DNA from: Parcubacteria group bacterium
GTDB lineage: Bacteria > Patescibacteriota > Minisyncoccia > Portnoybacterales > UBA2143
DNA length: 32,000 bases
Direction: 5' to 3'
Assembly: GCA_002685955.1 (NCBI GenBank)
Contig: NYYU01000028.1
Span: 9,740 to 41,739 of the forward strand
Part shown: piece by piece, positions 23,052-31,933 of the stretch
Layout: every line of letters starts with the position of its first letter
Position numbering within the stretch: the stretch's first letter is position 1
Position numbers and translations under genes: made by a program
Notes under the pieces: model-generated
What the model was told of the DNA's origin: nothing
Databases searched by the model: none
The model's input: only the letters and a program-made list of their open reading frames with translations

Positions 23052-24077
23052 CTAGTTAAAGAGCGTTTTGGCCTCTGCCCAGATACTGTTATTACCTTGT
23101 TCTTTTTTCCAATACCACCACTCAACTCCCCATAAATAGGCCTCATCAAATCCAGTTTGTTCCGTATACTTAATTACTTCCTTAAACTGCTCTAAATCCA
23201 TTGACTTAGATTGTTCTTTCTTGTCTGTCTCATAAAGCATTTTGTGACTCCAGGGCTCAGCCTGCAATTCAATAATAATAACTTTTTCTATCCCGGTAAC
23301 CCATTTAGCGATTTGAGCTCGTTTATGATAAAAAACCGGTGGAATTGGATACTTAAAATGATCATTAATAATATCACTCCAAACAATCCGGTAAAGAGTA
23401 GTACCTAAGAGATCAGCCCGAACAGCTGGTTCTATCCAACTGCTTAATTCCCCACTGGCTGTTAAAAGAACCGGCCGGCCTTTAGAATCTAATTTCTGAA
23501 CTAAAGAAATTTCTTTATCTAAAAATTGTCTATCCAATTTGGGACATTCACCAAACCCGACCAAAAACGGCTCATTTTCAACTTGCCAGACCTTAACCGT
23601 ATTATTATTTTGATAACGATTAACTATTTGAGTTAATAATAGTAAGATCTTTTCCTGTTTTTCTGCCTCGCTTAGATTCTCAGCCCATTCAGGATAATGA
23701 CATTCAGGCCAACGAGGTAACTTCTGACCAACAGCTAAAATAACTTGAGCCCCTCGTTTGCCAGCCTCTTCAATCTGCCAATCTAAATCAGCAAAAGCAT
23801 ATTCTCCCTCAACCGGCTCCAGCTTTTGCCAATAAGCAACTAAGCGCAATTTTCTAGCGCCTAAATCATCCAGAATAGCTGAATAAGCCATGGGCCAATC
23901 AAGTTCCATTTGTTCAGCAAAGATCTGACTAAAAGTCACTCCATAACTAATTTCTGAAACTGGCTCTGCCTCGCCCGTAAATAGATAAATTAAAATCCCG
24001 GCCACACAAAGAATAACAATGAAAAGACTGAAGAAAATAATGCGGAAAATATATTTTATAATCGTGCCAATAATCAT
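23052..24077 (-). CDS. membrane-anchored clan GH-A glycoside hydrolase (GH35/42/5-like TIM barrel)
   Basis: ORF 23052..24101 (TTG). ATG 24077 is preceded by AGGAGGG. N-terminal TM segment. LRLVAYWQKLEPVEGEYAFADLDWQIEEA and acid/base WQVENEP, with a later ELQAEPW as candidate nucleophile. Confidence 0.7.
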   Translation of the reverse strand: MIIGTIIKYIFRIIFFSLFIVILCVAGILIYLFTGEAEPVSEISYGVTFSQIFAEQMELDWPMAYSAILDDLGARKLRLVAYWQKLEPVEGEYAFADLDWQIEEAGKRGAQVILAVGQKLPRWPECHYPEWAENLSEAEKQEKILLLLTQIVNRYQNNNTVKVWQVENEPFLVGFGECPKLDRQFLDKEISLVQKLDSKGRPVLLTASGELSSWIEPAVRADLLGTTLYRIVWSDIINDHFKYPIPPVFYHKRAQIAKWVTGIEKVIIIELQAEPWSHKMLYETDKKEQSKSMDLEQFKEVIKYTEQTGFDEAYLWGVEWWYWKKEQGNNSIWAEAKTLFN

Positions 24078-24101
24078 AACCCTCCTATATATATTATACA
24101 A

Positions 24102-25010
24102 TTAAAAGACCAAAAATCCCAGACCTAAACCAATTAACAAAATAGCGATGATTTTCTGGATAATAATTGTATCACTAATCTGCTCCTTAATAATCTGAGG
24201 AAATTTTCTAGAAAGAAACAAAGCAATAACTAAAAGAAAAACATATTGAATCCCCTGGAGAGCATTAACCAAAGCAACGCTGCCTAAATAAATAGCGTAG
24301 TTTAATAAGATAAAGGCTCCGGCTGATAAACTCTTACTGAAAATAACTAAACCACCTGTTTTAGCCTTAATTGATTTTGATACTTTGAAAATTTCTTGTC
24401 GACCACCAGGCCAGAAGATTAATAGAACAGCCCCTAAAATACCACCCATCCGGATCCAAACAAAACCACTGATAAAGGGCTGCTCCATAAAAACAAATTT
24501 AGTTAAAACATATGAACCGGCAAAAAACAAAGCGGCCAAAATAGCTAAGGGCAATCTTTTTATCAAAGGAACCTTCCCGCCTTTTAAGCAACTCTTCTTT
24601 CTAGGCCAGATCATAATAACGCCGCCCGAAACAAGCAAAAAGAAAGCGATTAACTGACTAACAGCCAGACGCTCTTCTAAGAAAAAGTAAGTTAAAACCA
24701 GAGTAAAAAGAGAAATTGCCCCGCCAATAATTGGAGCGATTCTAGAAACTTCACCAAATTGAACTGATTTATAAAAACAGAGAATGGCAAAAATAAATAA
24801 AATGCCGGTGATCAAACTGATGATAATTTGACTTACTGAAGGAATAACAAAACCAAAAGGAATTAATAACAAAGCAGCTCCTCCTAAAATCCCCACATAA
24901 AAGGCAAGCGCTCTTGGTCTGACCCGAGTATGAGAAAGAAGGAATTTATCAATGATAAAGACCAGAGCAAAAAGAAAATGAGCGCTAATAGCAATTAAAA
25001 GCCAGTTCAT
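24102..25010 (-). CDS. EamA-like/DMT-superfamily polytopic membrane protein
   Basis: 302 aa, about 10 hydrophobic segments in two similar halves. Its stop abuts the TTG alternative start (24101) of the track ORF for the glycoside hydrolase; the preferred GH start is ATG 24077, 24 nt downstream. Confidence 0.6.
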   Translation of the reverse strand: MNWLLIAISAHFLFALVFIIDKFLLSHTRVRPRALAFYVGILGGAALLLIPFGFVIPSVSQIIISLITGILFIFAILCFYKSVQFGEVSRIAPIIGGAISLFTLVLTYFFLEERLAVSQLIAFFLLVSGGVIMIWPRKKSCLKGGKVPLIKRLPLAILAALFFAGSYVLTKFVFMEQPFISGFVWIRMGGILGAVLLIFWPGGRQEIFKVSKSIKAKTGGLVIFSKSLSAGAFILLNYAIYLGSVALVNALQGIQYVFLLVIALFLSRKFPQIIKEQISDTIIIQKIIAILLIGLGLGFLVF

Positions 25011-25015
25011 AAATT

Positions 25016-25585
25016 TTAAATCTTTTCCTTAGGAAAAATAAAGATAAGAATAACTACCATCAAAGTTAAGACAGAAAACAAACCAATGATTGCTAGCCAT
25101 TCTTTAAATAAGGCTAAGTTTAAAGAAAATCTCAAATAAAGCAAAGCCGAAATTGCTAACGCATAATAATAACTAATAGGCATAAAAAGAAACCATTTTT
25201 TATGCCATCCGATATATTCTGACGTAAAACGCCAGACCCCATAATGAGGGTTTATGACAAACCATAAAAAATCCCAAGTAATACTAATTAGAAAAAAGAA
25301 AGACAAAGTACCTAATTCAGAGAACCAACTCCAGCCTTGGCCAGCAAAATAGGGATGGTGTAAAAAAATTAAAACAGAGCTAAAAACCAACAAATGATAA
25401 CCGGTCAATTCTTTACCTCCCATCATTTTTCGATAGATCTTAGCATACCATTTGTCAGGATTAGCTCTCCAGGTTGGCAATCTAGCTGCCCAGCCATGTT
25501 TGCCTTCTATTTGAATCTCAAAAGCAGCCAACCATAGACAGAAAAGAAAAAGATATAAAGTTTGAATAAATAAATCTAAATTCAT
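25016..25585 (-). CDS. hypothetical polytopic membrane protein (189 aa, Trp/aromatic-rich)
   Basis: Hydrophobic segments and conserved-looking IQIEGKHGWAARLPTWR. No family recognised. Confidence 0.55.
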   Translation of the reverse strand: MNLDLFIQTLYLFLFCLWLAAFEIQIEGKHGWAARLPTWRANPDKWYAKIYRKMMGGKELTGYHLLVFSSVLIFLHHPYFAGQGWSWFSELGTLSFFFLISITWDFLWFVINPHYGVWRFTSEYIGWHKKWFLFMPISYYYALAISALLYLRFSLNLALFKEWLAIIGLFSVLTLMVVILIFIFPKEKI

Positions 25586-25619
25586 AATTGTTCAACTACG
25601 ACAACCGTTATCGCGTTCT

Positions 25620-26015
25620 TTATCTTTTTACCGCGAAAACTATTAATTGATTTCCCAATGTCGGGGAAACAGTACCTAAAAATACAAATATTTCCCCGAT
25701 CACGGGAATTTTAGCAAGGACATCTAAAGGAATATAAGAAGATGTTGCCCTTAAAACTTCGAATCCCTCATCTTTAATCAAGCTCTTTAATTTTCTTCTA
25801 GTGTAAACGTGATTCGGATTAATATCCACCCCAAAACAATTAGCTCCTTTTTTGCTTAGTATATCACTCACGCCCCCTTTGCTAATGCCACAATCTAATA
25901 CATTCAGTTTACTAATATTGCCGAAATGTTTCTCAATATATTTAATAACTTTTTCAATTCTTGTTGGGTCAGGAACCTTATATTCCTTAAAGGTATTTTG
26001 TTTTTGATCTGCCAT
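25620..26015 (-). pseudogene. degenerate/internally shortened class I SAM-methyltransferase-like ORF (131 aa)
   Basis: ATG 26015 (the track start is TTG 26039). Motif I is degraded (VLDCGISKGG instead of VLDxGCGxG). After GANCFGVDINPNHV the sequence jumps directly to the C-terminal-type segment LKSLIKDEGFEVL. Too short for a full Rossmann MTase fold, but it may still be expressed. Confidence 0.4.
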
Positions 26016-26017
26016 AA

Positions 26018-26833
26018 CTATTTCTGGCACTGGGGACAAAAATGAGCGCTGCGGCTACCCAGTTTTATCCGCTTAATTTTTGCCTTACATTTAAAACAAG
26101 CTTTGTTTTTTCTTTGATAGACTTTTTGCAAGAATGAATAACTCCCTTTTCCCCCCTTAGTATCAACATAATCTTTATTAGAACTGCCGCGCTTTTTAAC
26201 AGCTAAGGTCAGAATTTCTTTGATTGCTTGATAGATTTTCCTAACCTCCCCTATTTCTAAATCATTAACCTTTCTTATTGGTAAAACCTTAGCCCTAAAT
26301 AGAATTTCATCAGCATAGATATTACCAATCCCGGCCACAAATTTTTGATCCATTAACAAGGGCTTAATTTTGCTTTTCTTTCTCTTATTCAGCAAACTTT
26401 TAAACAAATCAAAAGTAAATTCCTTATTCAATGGTTCCGGCCCAAAACTCTCTTTAATAAAGAAGCTATTCAAGTCTTTTTTGGCTACAACTTTAACAAA
26501 ACCAAACTGCCTTAAATCATTATGAACTAACCAATTCTTATCAGTAAAAGTATAAATTAAATGAGTATGCTTATTATTCTGACCATTAAATACTAATTGA
26601 CCAGTTAATTTCAAATGAACAACTAAGCTATATCCATTAGATAGTTCAATAATCAACAACTTAGCCCGCCTCTTAACATTTTTAATTACTGCTCCTTTTA
26701 CCAGTTTCTTAAATTGATTTAAAGGATACCTAACAAATTTAGGAAGATTTACCTCTACCTCTTTAATTTTCCTCCCCCTAATTCTATTGTTCAATTGTCT
26801 TTTAATTGTTTCAACCTCAGGAAGCTCAGGCAT
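26018..26833 (-). CDS. mutM: formamidopyrimidine-DNA glycosylase
   Basis: ORF 26018..26908 trimmed to ATG 26833 so the protein starts MPELPEVE (catalytic N-terminal Pro). C-terminal zinc finger CFKCKAKI...CPQCQK. Confidence 0.9.
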   Translation of the reverse strand: MPELPEVETIKRQLNNRIRGRKIKEVEVNLPKFVRYPLNQFKKLVKGAVIKNVKRRAKLLIIELSNGYSLVVHLKLTGQLVFNGQNNKHTHLIYTFTDKNWLVHNDLRQFGFVKVVAKKDLNSFFIKESFGPEPLNKEFTFDLFKSLLNKRKKSKIKPLLMDQKFVAGIGNIYADEILFRAKVLPIRKVNDLEIGEVRKIYQAIKEILTLAVKKRGSSNKDYVDTKGGKGSYSFLQKVYQRKNKACFKCKAKIKRIKLGSRSAHFCPQCQK

Positions 26834-26857
26834 GTTAATTTTATCTAAATTTTCAAT

Positions 26858-26973
26858 CCGCCTGAGGCGGAGGAGAAAATTTAGTGTTAAAATCTTGCAC
26901 CCGCCCAAATTTTCGCTTTGCGAAAAATTGTGGCGGGTAAGGTCTTGTTACTGAATTTTCAAAGAAAATTCAG
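26858..26973. other. three consecutive hairpins in the mreB-mutM gap
   Basis: ccgcc-tga-ggcgg (26858..26870). acccgcccaaattttcgc/gcgaaaaattgtggcgggt (26899..26938, one mismatch and one bulge). Perfect 10-bp ctgaattttc-aaa-gaaaattcag (26951..26973). Confidence 0.6.
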
Positions 26974-26983
26974 ACAAAGCCCC

Positions 26984-28039
26984 TTATATTCGAGGCGGTT
27001 CTTGATACTGAGTGCTAACTAAAACATCCTTTAAAGCGCTAACATCCTCTAAAATTATACCGGTGCCGCGCACCACCGCCGTCAAAGGATCTTCAACTGA
27101 TTTAACTGGCATTTCAGTTTGTTCAGAAATTAAGTCAACCAAACCGCGTAAAAGCCCGCCTCCGCCAACTAAGAAAATCCCCCGATGCATAATATCAGCC
27201 ACTAATTCAGGCGGAGTCTCTTCAATCGTTCCTTTGATGGCGCTAACTAAAACTTTAACTGAACGGCTTAAAGCTTTACGAATTTGACTATCATCAACTA
27301 TGATTTCTTTAGGCAAACCAGTAACAATATCGCGACCCCGCATAGCGGTTTCTAATTTATCTTCTAAAGGATAAGCTGACCCAACCGCTAATTTGATATC
27401 TTCAGCTGTTTTTTCGCCTAAAAGAAGATTAAACTCTTCTCGAGCGTAATTAATAATATCCTCGCTAAGCTTATCACCAGCTGTCCTTAAGCTCTTGCTG
27501 ACCACAATGCCGCCTAGAGAAATAACGGCTATTTCCGAGGTTCCTCCGCCGATATCAACAATCATATTACCAGCTGCTTCCTGAACTGGCAATCTTATCC
27601 CAATGGCCGCCGCCATAGGCTCTTCAATCAAATAAACTTCTCTAGCCCCAGCGTTTCTAGTAGCGTCTTCCACTGCTTTTTTTTCCACTTCAGTTACGCC
27701 AGATGGCACACCTACTACTACCCGGGGACGGGGTAAAATAGAGAAACTTTCTCGATGAACTTTATCAATAAAAAACTTAAGCATCTGTTCGGTTACTTCA
27801 AAATCAGAAACTACCCCGGCCACTAAAGGACGAGAAGCAATGATGTGCCCTGGGGTTCGACCAACCATTTTCTTTGCCTCCTGGCCAATAGATAAAATCT
27901 GGTTAGTCTTTTGATTAACCGCTACGACTGATGGCTCATTAATCACAATGCCCCTTCCTTTAACATAGACGAGCGTATTGGCCGTACCCAAATCTATACC
28001 AACATCTTTTGAAAAAAATCCAAATAACTTATTTAACAT
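26984..28039 (-). CDS. mreB: rod-shape-determining actin homologue MreB
   Basis: 351 aa. GIDLGTANTLVY, DIGGGTSE and other actin-fold phosphate/adenosine motifs. Confidence 0.95.
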   Translation of the reverse strand: MLNKLFGFFSKDVGIDLGTANTLVYVKGRGIVINEPSVVAVNQKTNQILSIGQEAKKMVGRTPGHIIASRPLVAGVVSDFEVTEQMLKFFIDKVHRESFSILPRPRVVVGVPSGVTEVEKKAVEDATRNAGAREVYLIEEPMAAAIGIRLPVQEAAGNMIVDIGGGTSEIAVISLGGIVVSKSLRTAGDKLSEDIINYAREEFNLLLGEKTAEDIKLAVGSAYPLEDKLETAMRGRDIVTGLPKEIIVDDSQIRKALSRSVKVLVSAIKGTIEETPPELVADIMHRGIFLVGGGGLLRGLVDLISEQTEMPVKSVEDPLTAVVRGTGIILEDVSALKDVLVSTQYQEPPRI

Positions 28040-29255
28040 GACTAATTACCTCGCTTAACTTAACAAGTTCTGTCTCTTGATTATCCCTCCTTTTCACTTC
28101 AATTGAATTTTGAGCTATGGTTTTATCGCTAATAACTAAACGATAAGGGATGCCGATTAAATCAGCTTCAGCAAATTTTTCCCCAGGCGCTTTATCACGG
28201 TCATCATAAAGAACCTCTATTCCATGCTCAACCATTTCTTGATAAAGCTTATCAGCTGCCTTTTTATCATTGATTAAATTAAGCAGATGAACCTTAAAAG
28301 GAGCTACGCCTTCGGGCCAGATAATTCCCTGCTCGTCATGCGAGGCCTCAACAATAGCCGCCATTAATCGACCTAAACCAATACCGTAGCAACCCATGAT
28401 AATTGGTTTTTCTTTGCCATCTTTGTCAGCAAAATTTGCTTTCATTGCTTGGCTATACTTATCGCCTAGATAGAAAATATGGCCTGCCTCAATGCCATGC
28501 TTTATCTTTAAATTCTTTTTACATTGAGGACAAGTTTTAACCTCGCCCGCTTTTTCAACATTGGCTCCATAGCCACAACTAGAACAATAAAGAATCTTAT
28601 CTTCGCCTGTTTCAGCAAAAAGAACGAATTCATGAGATAAATCACCGCCAATCGTTCCTGAATCTGCTTCAACCGCCACTACTTCTAATTGACAACGCTT
28701 AAATATTCTAAAATAGGCCTGTTTAACTTTTTTGTAAAACTCCATAGCATTTTTTTCTGAAGAATCAAAACTATATAAATCTTTCATAATGAATTCGCGA
28801 ACCCGCAAAAGACCGCCCGTCGCCCTCATTTCATTGCGAAATTTATTCTGAATATGATAAAGATAAAGCGGTAAATCCTGGTAAGAACTAACTCTTTTTC
28901 TAACTAAATCGGTGATTACCTCTTCATGGGTTGGCCCTAAGCCAAATTCCTTTTTATGACGATCCTTAACTACAAACAAAGGAGGATCAATTTTTGTCCA
29001 GCGATCAGTTTCTTGCCATAAGCTCTTAGGAATTAAGGTAGACATTAATAGCTCTTGACTGCCAATAGCATTCATTTCTTGCCTGATAATATCTTCAATT
29101 TTACTATGAACCCGCCAGCCTAAAGGCAAATAAGTATAAATGCCAGCCGCTAACTGATTAATGAAATCACCCCGAGTTAAATATTTATGGCTAATCGCTT
29201 CTGCTCCCTTAGGAGCATCTTTCAATGTTTTAATAAAAAGTTTTGATTGTTTCAT
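28029..29255 (-). CDS. proS: prolyl-tRNA synthetase, bacterial-type core lacking the INS editing domain
   Basis: 408 aa. Motif 2 FRNEMRATGGLLRVREF, motif 3 GCYGIGLGRL, and a C-terminal anticodon-binding domain. A CSSC-x14-CPQC segment (nt 28521..28586) sits between motifs 2 and 3, where the ~180-aa INS would be. Confidence 0.9.
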   Translation of the reverse strand: MKQSKLFIKTLKDAPKGAEAISHKYLTRGDFINQLAAGIYTYLPLGWRVHSKIEDIIRQEMNAIGSQELLMSTLIPKSLWQETDRWTKIDPPLFVVKDRHKKEFGLGPTHEEVITDLVRKRVSSYQDLPLYLYHIQNKFRNEMRATGGLLRVREFIMKDLYSFDSSEKNAMEFYKKVKQAYFRIFKRCQLEVVAVEADSGTIGGDLSHEFVLFAETGEDKILYCSSCGYGANVEKAGEVKTCPQCKKNLKIKHGIEAGHIFYLGDKYSQAMKANFADKDGKEKPIIMGCYGIGLGRLMAAIVEASHDEQGIIWPEGVAPFKVHLLNLINDKKAADKLYQEMVEHGIEVLYDDRDKAPGEKFAEADLIGIPYRLVISDKTIAQNSIEVKRRDNQETELVKLSEVISHVK

Positions 29256-29257
29256 AT

Positions 29258-30349
29258 TTAAAATACTCTAATAATATCCCGCCAAGTTACCACAATCATT
29301 AATATAATCAAAAGAACAAAACCAGTCATATTAGCATACCTTTCAAACTTCTGATTTAAGGGCGATCCTTTAACTTTTTCAATTGCTAAAAAAAGCAAAC
29401 GACCGCCATCTAAAGCCGGAATCGGCAAGACATTAATAATGGCTAGGTTGATATTTAAAATAACGGCTAATTGTAATACGTAGATAAAACCCAATTGGGC
29501 TGCCTGGCTAGTTAAATTAAAAATCCCAACCGGCCCGGCAATATCCACGCCCAATTTACCAGTGATTATTAAATTCCATAGAATCCCGCCTAGAGCAGTA
29601 ATGATAAACCAAGTCAGACTCAAAGCGCTAATAATTCCCTTAAATAGCGCCTGATACCAAGGATAAGAAACAATAGCTGTTCTAGCCAAGGCAATGCCTG
29701 AAAGCCCTTGGTCAGCTGGATATTCTGAACGTAAAACCAAATTCTTTTCCAAGGCCTGATCGCCTCTTTGAATAATAAAGATTATTTCTTCTCCTTTATA
29801 CCTGCCAATAAATTCCTGAGTCCCAACCACAGTTGCCACTTTTAATTCTTGGCCTCCGGCTCTTAATCCGGCGATGGTGTCGCCCACTTTAATCCCGGCC
29901 ATATCAGCTGGTGAATTAAGAGCAATCTGAGTAATCTGGACTCTAGGATCTTTTAAAATACCTGGCTCATTATCTTCAATTATATTAGGCGAACCAATCC
30001 AATAACCCAAGCTTAAAAGAAAAGCAGCTAGAATAAGGTTCATAGTTACTCCAGCTACAATAATTCTAGATCTAACTCCAATCGGCTTGCTATAAAAAGC
30101 GCGGTTTTTATTAAGATCATCTTTTTTTCCACCGTCTTCTCCATGAATTTTAACAAAACCGCCCAAAGGCAAAAGATTCAATGAATAAATTGTTTCCCCT
30201 TTTTTGATGCCAAAAATTCTAGGCGGGAAACCAAAACCAAATTCATCAATCCTAATATTAGCCCGTTTAGCCATAACAAAATGACCCAATTCATGGACAA
30301 AAACAATCAATCCGAATATTAAAATAAAAACAAGAATAGTTAAAAACAT
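29258..30349 (-). CDS. rseP: RIP site-2 metalloprotease RseP (M50 family, one PDZ domain)
   Basis: 363 aa. HELGHF zinc motif in TM1, a central PDZ-like segment, and C-terminal NLLPIPALDGG. Confidence 0.9.
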   Translation of the reverse strand: MFLTILVFILIFGLIVFVHELGHFVMAKRANIRIDEFGFGFPPRIFGIKKGETIYSLNLLPLGGFVKIHGEDGGKKDDLNKNRAFYSKPIGVRSRIIVAGVTMNLILAAFLLSLGYWIGSPNIIEDNEPGILKDPRVQITQIALNSPADMAGIKVGDTIAGLRAGGQELKVATVVGTQEFIGRYKGEEIIFIIQRGDQALEKNLVLRSEYPADQGLSGIALARTAIVSYPWYQALFKGIISALSLTWFIITALGGILWNLIITGKLGVDIAGPVGIFNLTSQAAQLGFIYVLQLAVILNINLAIINVLPIPALDGGRLLFLAIEKVKGSPLNQKFERYANMTGFVLLIILMIVVTWRDIIRVF

Positions 30350-30350
30350 A

Positions 30351-30908
30351 TTAAATAGTCATTATTTCTTCTTCTTTTTTCTGGCCGATTTCATCTATCT
30401 TTTTGTTATACTCATCAACTGTTTCCTGTAATTTATCTTTGGCTTTAAACTTATCGTCCTCGGTCATCTCTTTAGCTTGTTCCATATTCTGAATCTTTTC
30501 CCAGGCTTCACCCCTTTGGCGGCGAATACTAATCCGACACTCTTCTAATTTCTCATGAATAATCTTAGCCAATTCTTTACGCCTTTCTTCGCTTAAAGCA
30601 GGCACTTTTAACCGAATGAAATCTTCTTCCACCACTGGACTTAAGCCTAATTTTGACTGCCTAATGGCCCATTCAATATTCCTGATAACCGCCTTATCCC
30701 AAGGACGAACTATAATCATTCGAGGGTCTGATATCTGAATAGCCGCTAATTGTTTAAGCGGCATTTTTTGATCATAGACCTCTACTTCTAAATCCTCAAT
30801 TAAACTTGAAGTTGCCCGGCCGACCTGCAAACTAGCCAGTTCGGTTTTTAAATAATCAACAGTTTTATCAAGACTAGGCCTTGTTTTGTCAATCAATTCT
30901 TTATACAT
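30351..30908 (-). CDS. frr: ribosome recycling factor
   Basis: 185 aa, full-length RRF pattern (LKTELASLQVGRAT..., ...LSEERRKEL...). Confidence 0.95.
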   Translation of the reverse strand: MYKELIDKTRPSLDKTVDYLKTELASLQVGRATSSLIEDLEVEVYDQKMPLKQLAAIQISDPRMIIVRPWDKAVIRNIEWAIRQSKLGLSPVVEEDFIRLKVPALSEERRKELAKIIHEKLEECRISIRRQRGEAWEKIQNMEQAKEMTEDDKFKAKDKLQETVDEYNKKIDEIGQKKEEEIMTI

Positions 30909-30912
30909 AGAA

Positions 30913-31809
30913 TTAAAACTCTAAAACTAAAACTTCCAAAGCTAATTGAGCATTAATGCTCGGATTAGCTAAAAGCCAACTTGTTCTCCTAATGGCCTGA
31001 ATAATACTCTTTATTTTCCCTAATGAATAAGAATCTTTGTAATTGACTGCTACTGGACAAATAGCTCGATCAGCGCAGCCAACTGATAACAAAAGTAAAT
31101 CCCTAAACCAGAAAAGCCAATGTTCTAAAACCTGTTGAGCCAAAGGCAGATCTTTGGCTATTTTCTCAATATATTGATAACGTCGATTTAAATCAGCTTT
31201 TAGCAATTCTTCTAATTGATTAATGATTTTGGCTTGGTTTTTTAACAATTCTGGATTTTCTGAATATCTAACCGCTAAACCAGGCCGGCCATTGGCCAAA
31301 CGAACAATTCTTTTTAAATCTCTAACTTGACCCATTGATTCAAGACCCTTTTCAATTTCTTTTTCGTTAACTGATAAAAAATTAACCTGCTGACATCTTG
31401 AAATAATAGTTGACAATAAAGATTTTGGCTTTGAAGTAATTAAAATCAAAATCGCCTTACCAGTTGGCTCTTCCAATGTTTTTAAAAAGCAATTACTTGC
31501 TTGAGCAGTCATCTTGTCTGCTTGATCAATCAAAACAATCTTATACGGAGCTTGATACGGGAATAAGCTCATCTGATGCTGAATTTCTCTAATCTGCTTA
31601 ATACTAATAACTGATTCTGGCTCGGCTATATGGACATCTGGATGAACCGTTTTATCTAATTCTCCGCCAATTAGCATTTTAATAAACTCTAAAGCCACTG
31701 TTCTCTTGCCTAAGTAAGCCGAACCGGTGAAAAGATAAGCATGAGCCAAGCGATTATTTTTAATGCTTTTCTTAAAAAAATCTAAAATGCGCTGATGTCC
31801 AATAACCAT
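30913..31809 (-). CDS. holB: DNA polymerase III delta-prime subunit
   Basis: 298 aa. RLAHAYLFTG and GKRT degenerate P-loop; AAA+ clamp-loader fold length. Confidence 0.8.
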   Translation of the reverse strand: MVIGHQRILDFFKKSIKNNRLAHAYLFTGSAYLGKRTVALEFIKMLIGGELDKTVHPDVHIAEPESVISIKQIREIQHQMSLFPYQAPYKIVLIDQADKMTAQASNCFLKTLEEPTGKAILILITSKPKSLLSTIISRCQQVNFLSVNEKEIEKGLESMGQVRDLKRIVRLANGRPGLAVRYSENPELLKNQAKIINQLEELLKADLNRRYQYIEKIAKDLPLAQQVLEHWLFWFRDLLLLSVGCADRAICPVAVNYKDSYSLGKIKSIIQAIRRTSWLLANPSINAQLALEVLVLEF

Positions 31810-31811
31810 AC

Positions 31812-31875
31812 CCCCGTTAGAAATTATTTTTCTTAAATTATTAACATACCCCGTATACTGTAATTTCTAACGGGG
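31812..31875 (-). promoter_or_regulatory. structured 5' leader of holB: 15-bp perfect hairpin with an alternative pairing partner
   Basis: ccccgttagaaatta (31812..31826) pairs perfectly with taatttctaacgggg (31861..31875). A third ccccgt (31849..31854) inside the loop can pair alternatively with acgggg (31870..31875). The stem ends 2 nt from the holB ATG. Confidence 0.5.
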
Positions 31876-31889
31876 CGTAATTATTTAAA

Positions 31890-31918
31890 ACTATATCATA
31901 CTTTTCCATCTTCTACAA
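31890..31918 (-). promoter_or_regulatory. possible promoter of the holB-frr-rseP-proS string
   Basis: Minus strand reads TTGTAG (31918..31913) - 17 nt - TGaTATAGT extended -10 (hexamer 31895..31890). This predicts a ~74-nt leader containing the hairpin. Confidence 0.4.
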
Positions 31919-31933
31919 TATCAAAAAAGAGCC

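Noticed and set aside
2902-27287. All plus-strand ORFs in the track other than hypC (2902..3084, 5075..5365, 6699..6941, 8778..9002, 11763..11948, 13294..13476, 13872..14054, 14122..14307, 14462..14647, 14693..14938, 15766..15960, 17441..17632, 18995..19210, 19343..19576, 23211..23408, 24385..24657, 27012..27287)
   Set aside because: Each lies entirely antisense to a well-supported conserved minus-strand gene. They have low-complexity or hydrophobic translations with no motifs and lack SD or promoter signals. They are typical shadow ORFs.
26984-28039. mreB without adjacent mreC/mreD as an anomaly
   Set aside because: Gene order varies widely, and the partners may be elsewhere. This cannot be assessed from a 32-kb window.
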